This document shows, piece after piece, positions 12,619-27,304 of a stretch of DNA of 64,000 bases. The notes below the pieces were generated by a model, which saw nothing but the letters and a program-made list of their open reading frames with translations, did no database searches and was not told the origin of the DNA. Made by a program: the position numbers and the translations under genes. Where the stretch lies: contig OZ024762.1 of assembly GCA_964016885.1 (NCBI GenBank), forward strand, positions 10,044,001-10,108,000, given 5' to 3'. Source of the DNA: Eledone cirrhosa. Taxonomy: Eukaryota. The first letter of the stretch is position 1; every line of letters starts with the position of its first letter.

Positions 12619-13424
12619 TCAATAAAGAACAAAGTGCGAGCCGTCAATATGTAAATATTTTATATTATGTAAAAAACACATGGCAAACTGGCATATAGCT
12701 TCCGAGGTACTCGGAGTTGCCCCGAAGCCAGCTGATGTTATTGTTGCTTGCTTCGGGGAAACTCCGAGTACCTCGGAAGCTATATGCCAGTGTAGTGTGC
12801 CATGTGTTTTTACATAATATAATATAACATAGATATGTTTCTTTATTAGCCACAGGGGCACAAAAGAAGGGGACAAATACAAAGGGGGAAGTTTACATAC
12901 AATAAAAACGTGTAAAATGTTATCACAAATGCAATTTAAAAATTAGTCGATTTTCCCCAATAGGGGGAGACAGTTCATATGGGTAACACATACCCCCGAA
13001 AAAATGTGCAACCCTCATCTCCAGGAGTACGAAGAGTTTGTACATAGATAGATAGATAGATAGACAGATAGATGGGGGGGGGGAAGGAGTGAGCGAACGA
13101 GCCAAACACTGAATGGAGGAATGAACGAATGAGCTAATGTCTGGAGTGAGTTTTTATCGTTTTTCTTTTCTTCAAGCGATGATAAAGGAAAAGAGAGAAG
13201 AAAGTGAATGGCGGAGGATAGAGAGAGGGAGAGAGAGAGAGCAAGAGAGAAAGATAAAGAAAGAGAGAGCGAGAGGGAGGGAGAGAAAGAAAGAACGAGA
13301 GAGAGAAAGAAAGAAAGAAAGAAAGAAAGGGAGGGAGGGAGAGAAAGAGAGAGAGATGGCGCAAGAGAGAAATAAAGAGAGAAGGGGAGAGATTAATGTA
13401 GGATTAAATACAAACAACGAAGAG

Positions 13425-13454
13425 AGACGTAGTTACCGAGAAAGATACGTAGTT

Positions 13455-13515
<61 letters not shown>

Positions 13516-13554
13516 CGTAGTTACCGAGAGAGAGAGAGAGAGAGATACGTAGTT

Positions 13555-13585
<31 letters not shown>

Positions 13586-13695
13586 TACGTAGTTACCGAG
13601 AGAGAGAGAGAGAGAGAGAGATACGTAGTGAGAGAGAGAGAGAGAGACGTAGTTACCGAGAGAGAGAGAGAGAGTGAGAGAGAGACGTAGTTACC

Positions 13696-13727
<32 letters not shown>

Positions 13728-13760
13728 CGTAGTTACCGAGAGAGAGAGAGAGAGAGAGAG
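13425..13760. repeat. Compound repeat acgtagttacc(GA)n
   Basis: About 9 copies of acgtagttacc separated by GA tracts. Confidence 0.9.
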
Positions 13761-14619
13761 ATTTGCTTGGGGAGGAAGAAGTGGGTCAAACAAGATATAA
13801 CGCCTACATTGTCATTGAACACATTTATGTCTTTTATCGTGTGTATATGTGTGTGTATGTACCTGTGTGTGTGTGTACCTGTGTGTGAGCGTGTGTCTAC
13901 CTGTATGTGTGTGTGTGTGTGTGTGTGTGTACCTGTATGTGTGTGTGTGTGAGCGTGTACCTGTGTGTGCGAGTGTCTCTGCGTGTTTGTGTAATTACCA
14001 GTGGGTGTGAGAGTGTTTCTCTGTCTGTGTGAGTGTGTACCTGCGTGTGTGTGAGTGAGTGCATCTCTCTCTGTGTATGTGTCAGTGTCTGTGTGTCTGC
14101 ATGTGTGTGTGTGAATGTCTGTGTTTCTTTGTGAGAGTGTACCTGTGTGTGAGAGAGAGTATCCCAGTCTGTGTGAGAGTGCATACCTGTGTGTGTGTAT
14201 GTGGGTGAGAGAGAGGGAATGAGTGAGTGTATTGTATAAGTATGAGAGTGTGTACCTGTGTGTGACTGAGAGAATTAGAGGGAGAGTGTATGTATGTGTG
14301 TGTGTGAGTGTATTGTATATATATACACACATGTGTGTGTCTACGTGTGTGAGAGTGTATGTATGGCTTAAATGTAGTTTGACGAGTTAGAATTTATACG
14401 GTTTTGTGCCATAAATAGCCAACGAGTCATGCAGTATTATATATAATACAATAAAGAGCGATGTTAGACCATAGCGTGCCGCTCACTTCACTTCAGTTTT
14501 CAAACAGAAAGAATTTAAAGAATTTTATTTTGTTTGAATTTTTTTTACATATTTATAGTTTTCTGTTAAAAACTCGTTTTATACGAAAACAACAACAACC
14601 CATACTGCATCGTCCTGTG

Positions 14620-14900
14620 CAGGGCCGGGTTAGATTTAGACCTTGGGGGACCCTTGAGTACTTCAGGTTTGGGAGAAGCCCCCTCATATACGAAAAATTA
14701 GAATACACAGCAAACACCCCAATTTCACATATCAAAGTTAGCTTAGAGCGAATAATTGGAATTGAAAAGTTTTACATACAGGTATTAAATTAAAAACTTC
14801 TAACCATTCTAAAACAAAAAGCCCAGCTGAGGGCACAAATAAATTGTTACGGTCATTGCTGCCAATTGCCTCCTTTTCACCCCCATTAAATCCGGCCCTG
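14620..14900. mobile_element. Non-autonomous DNA element (hAT-like TIRs)
   Basis: CAGGGCCGG...CCGGCCCTG termini; no clear target-site duplication. Confidence 0.55.
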
Positions 14901-15280
14901 GATGCAATATAAGCATTTATCACCTCTACCCGACCTTTCGGAGACAGTTTCCTCTCAACTCATTTCTGGTTGTAATTTTGTCTCAATTCCTCTGGAAGTT
15001 CAATGAAACCCCAAGCAGTTTAACAGGTCTGTCAGCCCAGCTGCCCTCAATGGTGACAGGCGGCGTTAAGATCGACCTGCATTTCTAATTGCTGGGCGGC
15101 AAGTCAAATGACACGCCCGAGTTGATGTTCTCTCTTCAAAGACACCAAGACAGCACTTCTTATTACATATAAGTAGTTGTGTCTTTTCACAGAACAACAT
15201 TATTTTTAGGAATAGTCTCAATATTACGTTACAGATTTCTAGAAAAATATCACATGATCTACATGACAGGTGCAATGTGT

Positions 15281-18200
15281 CTGAACACGGAAGAGCCAAA
15301 CTTCCACTCCCATCACCTCCATCTCCCTCGCCCTCCCTATCTCTCATGTACACCAGGTCCGAACACGGAAGTGCCAAACTTCCACTGCCATCACCTCCAT
15401 CTCCCACACCCTCCCTATCTCTCATGTACACCAGGTCCGAACACGGAAGTGCCAAACTTCCACTGCCATCACCTCCATCTCCCACACCCTCCCTATCTCT
15501 CATGTACACCAGGTCCGAACACGGAAGTGCCAAACTTCCACTCCCATCACCTCCATCTCCCACACCCTCCCTATCTCTCATGTACACCAGGTCCGAACAC
15601 GGAAGTGCCAAACTTCCACTGCCATCACCTCCATCTCCCACACCCTCCCTATCTCTCATGTACACCAGGTCCGAACACGGAAGTGCCAAACTTCCACTCC
15701 CATCACCTCCATCTCCCTCGCCCTCCCTATCTCTCATGTACACCAGGTCCGAACACGGAAGAGCCAAACTTCCACTCCCATCACCTCCATCTCCCTCGCC
15801 CTCCCTATCTCTCATGTACACCAGGTCCGAACACGGAAGAGCCATACTTCCACTCCCATCACCTCCATCTCCCTCACCCTCCCTATCTCTCATGTACACC
15901 AGGTCCGAACACGGAAGTGCCAAACTTCCACTGCCATCACCTCCATCTCCCACGCCCTCCCTATCTCTCATGTACACCAGGTCCGAACACGGAAGTGCCA
16001 AACTTCCACTCCCATCACCTCCATCTCCCACGCCCTCCCTATCTCTCATGTACACCAGGTCCGAACACGGAAGTGCCAAACTTCCACTCCCATCACCTCC
16101 ATCTCCCACGCCCTCCCTATCTCTCATGTACACCAGGTCCGAACACGGAAGTGCCAAACTTCCACTCCCATCACCTCCATCTCTCCTCCCCCCATCTCTC
16201 ATGTACACCAGGTCCGAACACGGAAGAGCCAAACTTCCACTGCCATCACCTCCATCTCCCTCGCCCTCCCTATCTCTCATGTACACCAGGTCCGAACACG
16301 GAAGTGCCAAACTTCCACTCCCATCACCTCCATCTCCCTCACCCTCCCTATCTCTCATGTACACCAGGTCCGAACACGGAAGTGCCAAACTTCCACTGCC
16401 ATCACCTCCATCTCCCACGCCCTCCCTATCTCTCATGTACACCAGGTCCGAACACGGAAGTGCCAAACTTCCACTGCCATCACCTCCATCTCCCACGCCC
16501 TCCCTATCTCTCATGTACACCAGGTCCGAACACGGAAGTGCCAAACTTCCACTCCCATCACCTCCATCTCCCACGCCCTCCCTATCTCTCATGTACACCA
16601 GGTCCGAACACGGAAGTGCCAAACTTCCACTCCCATCACCTCCATCTCTCCTCCCCCCATCTCTCATGTACACCAGGTCCGAACACGGAAGAGCCAAACT
16701 TCCACTGCCATCACCTCCATCTCCCACACCCTCCCTATCTCTCATGTACACCAGGTCCGAACACGGAAGTGCCAAACTTCCACTGCCATCACCTCCATCT
16801 CCCACACCCTCCCTATCTCTCATGTACACCAGGTCCGAACACGGAAGTGCCAAACTTCCACTCCCATCACCTCCATCTCCCACGCCCTCCCTATCTCTCA
16901 TGTACACCAGGTCCGAACACGGAAGTGCCAAACTTCCACTCCCATCACCTCCATCTCTCCTCCCCCCATCTCTCATGTACACCAGGTCCGAACACGGAAG
17001 AGCCAAACTTCCACTGCCATCACCTCCATCTCCCTCGCCCTCCCTATCTCTCATGTACACCAGGTCCGAACACGGAAGTGCCAAACTTCCACTCCCATCA
17101 CCTCCATCTCCCACGCCCTCCCTATCTCTCATGTACACCAGGTCCGAACACGGAAGTGCCAAACTTCCACTCCCATCACCTCCATCTCCCACGCCCTCCC
17201 TATCTCTCATGTACACCAGGTCCGAACACGGAAGTGCCAAACTTCCACTCCCATCACCTCCATCTCTCCTCCCCCCATCTCTCATGTACACCAGGTCCGA
17301 ACACGGAAGAGCCAAACTTCCACTGCCATCACCTCCATCTCCCTCGCCCTCCCTATCTCTCATGTACACCAGGTCCGAACACGGAAGAGCCAAACTTCCA
17401 CTGCCATCACCTCCATCTCCCTCGCCCTCCCTATCTCTCATGTACACCAGGTCCGAACACGGAGGAGCCAAACTTCCACTGCCATCACCTCCATCTCCCT
17501 CGCCCTCCCTATCTCTCATGTACACCAGGTCCGAACACGGAAGAGCCAAACTTCCACTCCCATCACCTCCATCTCCCTCGCCCTCCCTATCTCTCATGTA
17601 CACCAGGTCCGAACACGGAAGAGCCAAACTTCCACTCCCATCACCTCCATCTCCCTCGCCCTCCCTATCTCTCATGTACACCAGGTCCGAACACGGAAGA
17701 GCCAAACTTCCACTCCCATCACCTCCATCTCCCACACCCTCCCTATCTCTCATGTACACCAGGTCCGAACACGGAAGAGCCAAACTTCCACTCCCATCAC
17801 CTCCATCTCCCTCGCCCTCCCTATCTCTCATGTACACCAGGTCCGAACACGGAAGAGCCAAACTTCCACTCCCATCACCTCCATCTCCCTCGCCCTCCCT
17901 ATCTCTCATGTACACCAGGTCCGAACACGGAAGTGCCAAACTTCCACTGCCATCACCTCCATCTCCCTCGCCCTCCCTATCTCTCATGTACACCAGGTCC
18001 GAACACGGAAGAGCCAAACTTCCACTCCCATCACCTCCATCTCCCTCGCCCTCCCTATCTCTCATGTACACCAGGTCCGAACACGGAAGTGCCAAACTTC
18101 CACTGCCATCACCTCCATCTCCCACACCCTCCCTATCTCTCATGTACACCAGGTCCGAACACGGAAGTGCCAAACTTCCACTGCCATCACCTCCATCTCC

Positions 18201-21200
18201 CACACCCTCCCTATCTCTCATGTACACCAGGTCCGAACACGGAAGTGCCAAACTTCCACTCCCATCACCTCCATCTCCCACACCCTCCCTATCTCTCATG
18301 TACACCAGGTCCGAACACGGAAGTGCCAAACTTCCACTGCCATCACCTCCATCTCCCACACCCTCCCTATCTCTCATGTACACCAGGTCCGAACACGGAA
18401 GTGCCAAACTTCCACTCCCATCACCTCCATCTCCCTCGCCCTCCCTATCTCTCATGTACACCAGGTCCGAACACGGAAGAGCCAAACTTCCACTCCCATC
18501 ACCTCCATCTCCCTCGCCCTCCCTATCTCTCATGTACACCAGGTCCGAACACGGAAGAGCCATACTTCCACTCCCATCACCTCCATCTCCCTCACCCTCC
18601 CTATCTCTCATGTACACCAGGTCCGAACACGGAAGTGCCAAACTTCCACTGCCATCACCTCCATCTCCCACGCCCTCCCTATCTCTCATGTACACCAGGT
18701 CCGAACACGGAAGTGCCAAACTTCCACTCCCATCACCTCCATCTCCCACGCCCTCCCTATCTCTCATGTACACCAGGTCCGAACACGGAAGTGCCAAACT
18801 TCCACTCCCATCACCTCCATCTCCCACGCCCTCCCTATCTCTCATGTACACCAGGTCCGAACACGGAAGTGCCAAACTTCCACTCCCATCACCTCCATCT
18901 CTCCTCCCCCCATCTCTCATGTACACCAGGTCCGAACACGGAAGAGCCAAACTTCCACTGCCATCACCTCCATCTCCCTCGCCCTCCCTATCTCTCATGT
19001 ACACCAGGTCCGAACACGGAAGTGCCAAACTTCCACTCCCATCACCTCCATCTCCCTCACCCTCCCTATCTCTCATGTACACCAGGTCCGAACACGGAAG
19101 TGCCAAACTTCCACTGCCATCACCTCCATCTCCCACGCCCTCCCTATCTCTCATGTACACCAGGTCCGAACACGGAAGTGCCAAACTTCCACTGCCATCA
19201 CCTCCATCTCCCACGCCCTCCCTATCTCTCATGTACACCAGGTCCGAACACGGAAGTGCCAAACTTCCACTCCCATCACCTCCATCTCCCACGCCCTCCC
19301 TATCTCTCATGTACACCAGGTCCGAACACGGAAGTGCCAAACTTCCACTCCCATCACCTCCATCTCTCCTCCCCCCATCTCTCATGTACACCAGGTCCGA
19401 ACACGGAAGAGCCAAACTTCCACTGCCATCACCTCCATCTCCCACACCCTCCCTATCTCTCATGTACACCAGGTCCGAACACGGAAGTGCCAAACTTCCA
19501 CTGCCATCACCTCCATCTCCCACACCCTCCCTATCTCTCATGTACACCAGGTCCGAACACGGAAGTGCCAAACTTCCACTCCCATCACCTCCATCTCCCA
19601 CGCCCTCCCTATCTCTCATGTACACCAGGTCCGAACACGGAAGTGCCAAACTTCCACTCCCATCACCTCCATCTCTCCTCCCCCCATCTCTCATGTACAC
19701 CAGGTCCGAACACGGAAGAGCCAAACTTCCACTGCCATCACCTCCATCTCCCTCGCCCTCCCTATCTCTCATGTACACCAGGTCCGAACACGGAAGTGCC
19801 AAACTTCCACTCCCATCACCTCCATCTCCCACGCCCTCCCTATCTCTCATGTACACCAGGTCCGAACACGGAAGTGCCAAACTTCCACTCCCATCACCTC
19901 CATCTCCCACGCCCTCCCTATCTCTCATGTACACCAGGTCCGAACACGGAAGTGCCAAACTTCCACTCCCATCACCTCCATCTCTCCTCCCCCCATCTCT
20001 CATGTACACCAGGTCCGAACACGGAAGAGCCAAACTTCCACTGCCATCACCTCCATCTCCCTCGCCCTCCCTATCTCTCATGTACACCAGGTCCGAACAC
20101 GGAAGAGCCAAACTTCCACTGCCATCACCTCCATCTCCCTCGCCCTCCCTATCTCTCATGTACACCAGGTCCGAACACGGAGGAGCCAAACTTCCACTGC
20201 CATCACCTCCATCTCCCTCGCCCTCCCTATCTCTCATGTACACCAGGTCCGAACACGGAAGAGCCAAACTTCCACTCCCATCACCTCCATCTCCCTCGCC
20301 CTCCCTATCTCTCATGTACACCAGGTCCGAACACGGAAGAGCCAAACTTCCACTCCCATCACCTCCATCTCCCTCGCCCTCCCTATCTCTCATGTACACC
20401 AGGTCCAAACACGGAAGAGCCAAACTTCCACTCCCATCACCTCCATCTCCCACACCCTCCCTATCTCTCATGTACACCAGGTCCGAACACGGAAGAGCCA
20501 AACTTCCACTCCCATCACCTCCATCTCCCTCGCCCTCCCTATCTCTCATGTACACCAGGTCCGAACACGGAAGAGCCAAACTTCCACTCCCATCACCTCC
20601 ATCTCCCTCGCCCTCCCTATCTCTCATGTACACCAGGTCCGAACACGGAAGAGCCAAACTTCCACTGCCATCACCTCCATCTCCCACACCCTCCCTATCT
20701 CTCATGTACACCAGGTCCGAACACGGAAGAGCCAAACTTCCACTCCCATCACCTCCATCTCCCTCGCCCTCCCTATCTCTCATGTACACCAGGTCCGAAC
20801 ACGGAAGTGCCAAACTTCCACTGCCATCACCTCCATCTCCCACACCCTCCCTATCTCTCATGTACACCAGGTCCGAACACGGAAGTGCCAAACTTCCACT
20901 GCCATCACCTCCATCTCCCTCGCCCTCCCTATCTCTCATGTACACCAGGTCCGAACACGGAAGAGCCAAACTTCCACTCCCATCACCTCCATCTCCCTCG
21001 CCCTCCCTATCTCTCATGTACACCAGGTCCGAACACGGAAGAGCCAAACTTCCACTGCCATCACCTCCATCTCCCACACCCTCCCTATCTCTCATGTACA
21101 CCAGGTCCGAACACGGAAGTGCCAAACTTCCACTGCCATCACCTCCATCTCCCACACCCTCACTATCTCTCATGTACACCAGGTCCGAACACGGAAGAGC

Positions 21201-22953
21201 CAAACTTCCACTCCCATCACCTCCATCTCCCTCGCCCTCCCTATCTCTCATGTACACCAGGTCCGAACACGGAAGAGCCAAACTTCCACTGCCATCACCT
21301 CCATCTCCCACACCCTCCCTATCTCTCATGTACACCAGGTCCGAACACGGAAGTGCCAAACTTCCACTGCCATCACCTCCATCTCCCACACCCTCCCTAT
21401 CTCTCATGTACACCAGGTCCGAACACGGAAGAGCCAAACTTCCACTGCCATCACCTCCATCTCCCACACCCTCCCTATCTCTCATGTACACCAGGTCCGA
21501 ACACGGAAGAGCCAAACTTCCACTGCCATCACCTCCATCTCCCTCGCCCTCCCTATCTCTCATGTACACCAGGTCCGAACACGGAAGAGCCAAACTTCCA
21601 CTCCCATCACCTCCATCTCCCACACCCTCCCTATCTCTCATGTACACCAGGTCCGAACACGGAAGAGCCAAACTTCCACTCCCATCACCTCCATCTCTCC
21701 TCCCCCCATCTCTCATGTACACCAGGTCCGAACACGGAAGAGCCAAACTTCCACTGCCATCACCTCCATCTCCCACACCCTCCCTATCTCTCATGTACAC
21801 CAGGTCCGAACACGGAAGAGCCAAACTTCCACTGCCATCACCTCCATCTCCCTCGCCCTCCCTATCTCTCATGTACACCAGGTCCGAACACGGAAGAGCC
21901 AAACTTCCACTCCCATCACCTCCATCTCCCACACCCTCCCTATCTCTCATGTACACCAGGTCCGAACACGGAAGAGCCAAACTTCCACTCCCATCACCTC
22001 CATCTCTCCTCCCCCCATCTCTCATGTACACCAGGTCCGAACACGGAAGAGCCAAACTTCCACTGCCATCACCTCCATCTCCCACACCCTCCCTATCTCT
22101 CATGTACACCAGGTCCGAACACGGAAGAGCCAAACTTCCACTGCCATCACCTCCATCTCCCTCGCCCTCCCTATCTCTCATGTACACCAGGTCCGAACAC
22201 GGAAGAGCCAAACTTCCACTGCCATCACCTCCATCTCCCTCGCCCTCCCTATCTCTCATGTACACCAGGTCCGAACACGGAAGAGCCAAACTTCCACTGC
22301 CATCACCTCCATCTCCCACGCCCTCCCTATCTCTCATGTACACCAGGTCCGAACACGGAAGTGCCAAACTTCCACTGCCATCACCTCCATCTCCCCCGCC
22401 CTCCCTATCTCTCATGTACACCAGGTCCGAACACGGAAGTGCCAAACTTCCACTGCCATCACCTCCATCTCTCCTCCCCCCATCTCTCATGTACACCAGG
22501 TCCGAACACGGAAGTGCCAAACTTCCACTGCCATCACCTCCATCTCCCACACCCTCCCTATCTCTCATGTACACCAGGTCCGAACACGGAAGTGCCAAAC
22601 TTCCACTGCCATCACCTCCATCTCCCACACCCTCCCTATCTCTCATGTACACCAGGTCCGAACACGGAAGAGCCAAACTTCCACTGCCATCACCTCCATC
22701 TCCCTCGCCCTCCCTATCTCTCATGTACACCAGGTCCGAACACGGAAGAGCCAAACTTCCACTCCCATCACCTCCATCTCCCACGCCCTCCCTATCTCTC
22801 ATGTACACCAGGTCCGAACACGGAAGAGCCAAACTTCCACTCCCATCACCTCCATCTCCCTCGCCCTCCCTATCTCTCATGTACACCAGGTCCGAACACG
22901 GAAGAGCCAAACTTCCACTGCCATCACCTCCATCTCTCCTCCCCCCATCTCTC
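15281..22953. repeat. Large minisatellite: 78-bp unit with a 75-bp variant, roughly 98 copies, intronic
   Basis: Unit atgtacaccaggtccgaacacggaag(a/t)gccaaacttccact(c/g)ccatcacctccatctccc(a/t)c(a/g)ccctccctatctctc; period 78 (e.g. 15346, 15424). Confidence 0.98.
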
Positions 22954-23906
22954 TGTATAGTGAGCAAATGGGATCCCACATGCTGGCTGCCCCACAACCC
23001 TGGCAGACAGAATGGAGAAGGCGTTTCCCCGGAGCCAAGTGAGATGTCAACCAGCTCCGACATATCTGACACAGTTACGCCTGCTCTAGATTTAATGACG
23101 GGGAGGGGGGGGGGGGAGTGCTTTAGACGGAGTGATAGGGGGAGGAAGGAGTGATGCTCTGGACGTAATGACAGAAAAGGGGTGGGGTTGCTTTCCGGAC
23201 AGGAAATGACAGACAGAGTCAGGGGAGTTTTCTACACGGAATAATAAGAGAGGGAGTTTTCTCCTGATGTAATTAAGGAAGGGGGAAGGCTACTTTCTAG
23301 ATGGAATGACAAGAGAGAGAAGGGGGTTCCCCTCTAGATGTAATGACAGTAAGGGGAGGGGTGACAGAGCGACCACATAATATGACGACACAGGTAACTA
23401 TAGAGGTTTACAACACATTATATACAGTACAACACATTATATACAAATCCCGCCGAGGTTAACTTTGCCTTTCATCCTTACGGGGGTCGATAAAATAAAG
23501 TACCAGTAATGCACTGGGATAATTGCTGGCCTTGTGCCAAAAGTAGAAACAATTATATACAGTACAGGTTTATTATTACAGAGTGCGAGTGTATGTGTGT
23601 TAGAGAGAGTCGATACTGATTTAGAAACATTCACACATGCTAATGTATTGAGTACCTTACTTACTGTGGTTAGCCCCGATTGAACCCAACACATACACAC
23701 ACATGGTTGACGACTGAGAGAAAGGAGTATTTAATACCAAAGTAGAGTTTTAATATTCATTTTATGAAGGCTAAATAGTGAATCTTGTTACTCTTTACTC
23801 TGGAGTTTTGCCTGTTTATCACACAAAACTCCAGAGTAACCAGACTCACTATTTAACCTTCATATAATGAATATTAAAACTCCACTTCGGTATTGAGTAT
23901 AAAATG

Positions 23907-23951
<45 letters not shown>

Positions 23952-24255
23952 GTTGTAGTTTTTTCAAAGCATTATGGAATGTGAGATATAAATACAATGA
24001 GGAAATAGGTGTGGTTATTTGGAAGCTCATTTATGAAGTATCATGGTTGGTTTGTCACTTGATTTAAATATATGTATGTATATTCTGGGGCTGAACTGGG
24101 AGAGAACCAGGGCTGAACTGGGGCTGAACTGGGGTTAAACTGAGAGAGAACTGGGGTTGAACTGGGACTGAGCTGGGGCTGACTGGAATAGAACTGGTAC
24201 TCAATACGTTTGTAGAGGAAGGTATTTTTATTGTATACAGAAATGACTTCTATGT

Positions 24256-24302
24256 CATTCCTGATGATTTCACATGAATGAAACAGTTCTAGTCGGGTAG
24301 AA

Positions 24303-24305
<3 letters not shown>
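24256..24305 (+). ncRNA. Hammerhead motif (family A), stem III decayed
   Basis: attc-CTGATGA-tTTC acat GAAt-GAAA-cagttctagtcgg-GTA-gaaat. Confidence 0.5.
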
Positions 24306-24349
<44 letters not shown>

Positions 24350-24629
24350 ATGGAGTGTAACGTGAAGTTACTGTAGGTTCACCTAGGTGAGCACTCGATG
24401 TTTAGGTTCACATCAGTGCCGAGGTGTAGAGCTCGTCAGAGTGTAATATAATAATACAAGGACGATTTGTTAATTCTGGTTCATTCTGTTATTACAACAG
24501 CAGAGGTCCAACGAGCTTTTGATTCCAGAGTCGAACCAGATTGATACAGATCGAACCTTGAGCTGATCAATAGCGAAACACATCACCAATCAATAAACAT
24601 AATGAAGGCTTAACAAATCCTCCTTCTAT

Positions 24630-24671
<42 letters not shown>

Positions 24672-25470
24672 TTCAGATGGTTGACAAATACATCTCTCAA
24701 TAGAAGAAATTGGCCTCATACATTGCACTTCAATTCATGCTGAACCTTTGCAGGCACTGCACTTGGGTTCTGCTTACATAGTGAATACTTCAAAACAGTA
24801 TGCTCCACTTGTTTTTTCTCAAAGACATTATATCCAAACTTGATGACCATTCTCCATGATGTATGGGCTTCAGCCAATGTCCTCTAATTCTCCATAACAA
24901 TCTTCAGAGCGAGAAAGTGTTTAATATCAACTGCATGTCCTCTACAGTGTGTGCTACAAAATCTGCATCATCAGCATACAGGAACTCCCTGAGTAGAGTG
25001 CTAAATGTTTGGCACTTGTTTTCCACTGAAAAAGTACCATTGAAGTTCACTTTTGCTTTCATATTATGATGGAGTTTTTTTAATATTCCAACAAATTCAG
25101 GGAGGAGGGGGGGGGGACATCCATGTTTCCCTAATATGACCCACAATGCACTACAATTAACAGTATCGTAGGCTTTGGTAAGGTACTTGGTGTAGTGGCA
25201 CTCGCTGCTCAACACATTTCTCCATAAACTGACAGGGTGAGAAAATCCTGCCCATAGTACCCCGCCCAGTTCTGAAACCACACTGGGTCTCAGGGATGGC
25301 ACAAGCGCAGATCCATTTTATTAGAGGATTCAGCAAGAACTTGGATAAGACATTTCCTACTAATTCGAGCAGACTTATACCATGATAATCCCCGCATTCA
25401 GTCTTGGATCGCTTGCCCTTGTAAATTGACAACAAAATTACATCTACCCATACCCAGTCTTGCAGGACAA
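24672..25470 (-). mobile_element. Decayed RTE (BovB-like) LINE RT fragment
   Basis: IYKGKR..ECGDYHGISLL, QCGFR, LTKAYDTV and LYADD motifs across frameshifts. Confidence 0.85.
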
Positions 25471-25489
25471 ACTATACATAAGAGTGATA

Positions 25490-25548
25490 TATACAGTATA
25501 TATAGGTATATATAACATGTAATATAAAGGTAAATATACAGTATATAG

Positions 25549-25596
<48 letters not shown>

Positions 25597-25680
25597 CAGT
25601 ATATAGAGGTACATATAACAATATATAGAGGTACATATAACAGTATATAGAGGTATATATATATATATAGATATATATAT

Positions 25681-25714
<34 letters not shown>

Positions 25715-25823
25715 CAGTATATAGAGGTACATATAACAGTATATAGAGGTACATATAACATTAATATAGAGGTATATATATATATATATATATATACATA
25801 TACTGTATATAGAGGTATATATA

Positions 25824-25880
<57 letters not shown>

Positions 25881-25898
25881 TATATAGAGGTATATATA

Positions 25899-25953
<55 letters not shown>

Positions 25954-26490
25954 TATATAGAGGTATATATAACATATAATATATATATATATATATACAG
26001 TATATAGAGGTATATATAACATATAATATATATAATATATATATATACAGTATATAGAGGTATATATAACATATAATATATATAATATATATATATACAG
26101 TATATAGAGGTATATATAACATATAATATATATAATATATATATATATACAGTATATAGAGGTATATATAACATATAATATATATAATATATATATATAT
26201 ACAGTATATAGAGGTATATATAACATATAATATATATATATATACAGTATATAGAGGTATATATAACATATAATATATATAATATATATATATATACAGT
26301 ATATAGAGGTATATATAACATATAATATATATAATATATATATATATACAGTATATAGAGGTATATATAACATATAATATATATAATATATATATATATA
26401 CAGTATATATATACATATATATACATATATATATATATACAGTATATAGAAGTATACATTACATGTAATATATATACAGTATATATATAT
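25490..26490. repeat. Compound repeat cagtatatagaggtatatataacatataa(TA)n
   Basis: Directly visible tandem units with variable TA spacers. Confidence 0.9.
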
Positions 26491-26579
26491 ATATATATAC
26501 ATATATCCAGGAATGACAATATTTATTTATATATATACATATATCCGGTATGTCAATATTTATTTATAAAACAAATCTG

Positions 26580-26645
26580 TATTTTATCTGATGAAAGCGC
26601 GCCATAATTTGCCTTGGTTGCCCTTGAAATATATATAATAAAATA
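26580..26645 (+). ncRNA. Hammerhead motif (family B)
   Basis: TATTTTAT-CTGATGA-AAGcgcgCCA..TGGttgccCTT-GAAA-tatata-TA-ATAAAATA. Confidence 0.75.
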
Positions 26646-27304
26646 AATATGGTTTTATAAATATAGTTTCCATTTATTAATATATATATATATATATACA
26701 GTATATAGAGGTATATATATACAGTAAATAGGGGTATATATAACATGGAATTGTTTCTACTTAATAAATGTAAATACTATAAAGCTAATAACGTTAAATT
26801 GATAAAGAAAGAAAGTACTTTTTCAATTCTTTTTTTCTTCGTGAGATTGTTCCTATCTGCGGGAGTTAGTAAGCAGGATGTTTGTAAGGTGGGGTCCTAC
26901 TGTATGACAAACCAACTAATAGCAACGTAGGGTAAAAAAAATCGAGCACAGTCGATCCTTTGGTCATAAAAAGCTGTGGTAACGAAAAATAATGCCACCG
27001 GGTGGAACTTCTTCAAAGGGAGAACACTCTACAAGAAAAATTTGTAAAAAGAATTACTTCCCTTGGCAAAATCGTTTTAAATCTAGTTTCTATCCAAAGT
27101 ATTTTTCTGAGAGCCATTTACAGAAAGCCTCACCCCAACAAAAGGCCACAGTAATACTGACTGATAAGGCAAATACCTTCTCCCAGTTGCCTTCCTCCAA
27201 TCTACCTATATACCAGGTGTATACTCAGAGAAGGTCTGTTCAATGACACCATGTTCACCACTCTCATCCACCTTTCAACAAATTTGTAATAAAAGACAAC
27301 TCAC

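Noticed and set aside
12661-12820. Hammerhead in the inverted repeat (ctgatgt..gaaactccgagta)
   Set aside because: The core is degenerate and stems I and II cannot be assigned; recorded only as an inverted repeat.
15066-23154. Three ~2600-aa ORFs as annotated proteins
   Set aside because: They overlap in several frames on both strands and are explained by a stop-free triplet-length repeat. Kept only as a finding, not called CDS.
24455-24630. Repeat shared with 58165-58290 containing ..gagctgatcaatagcgaaac.. as a hammerhead
   Set aside because: It has GAAAC and a short hairpin, but no CUGANGA or compensatory core at the right spacing.
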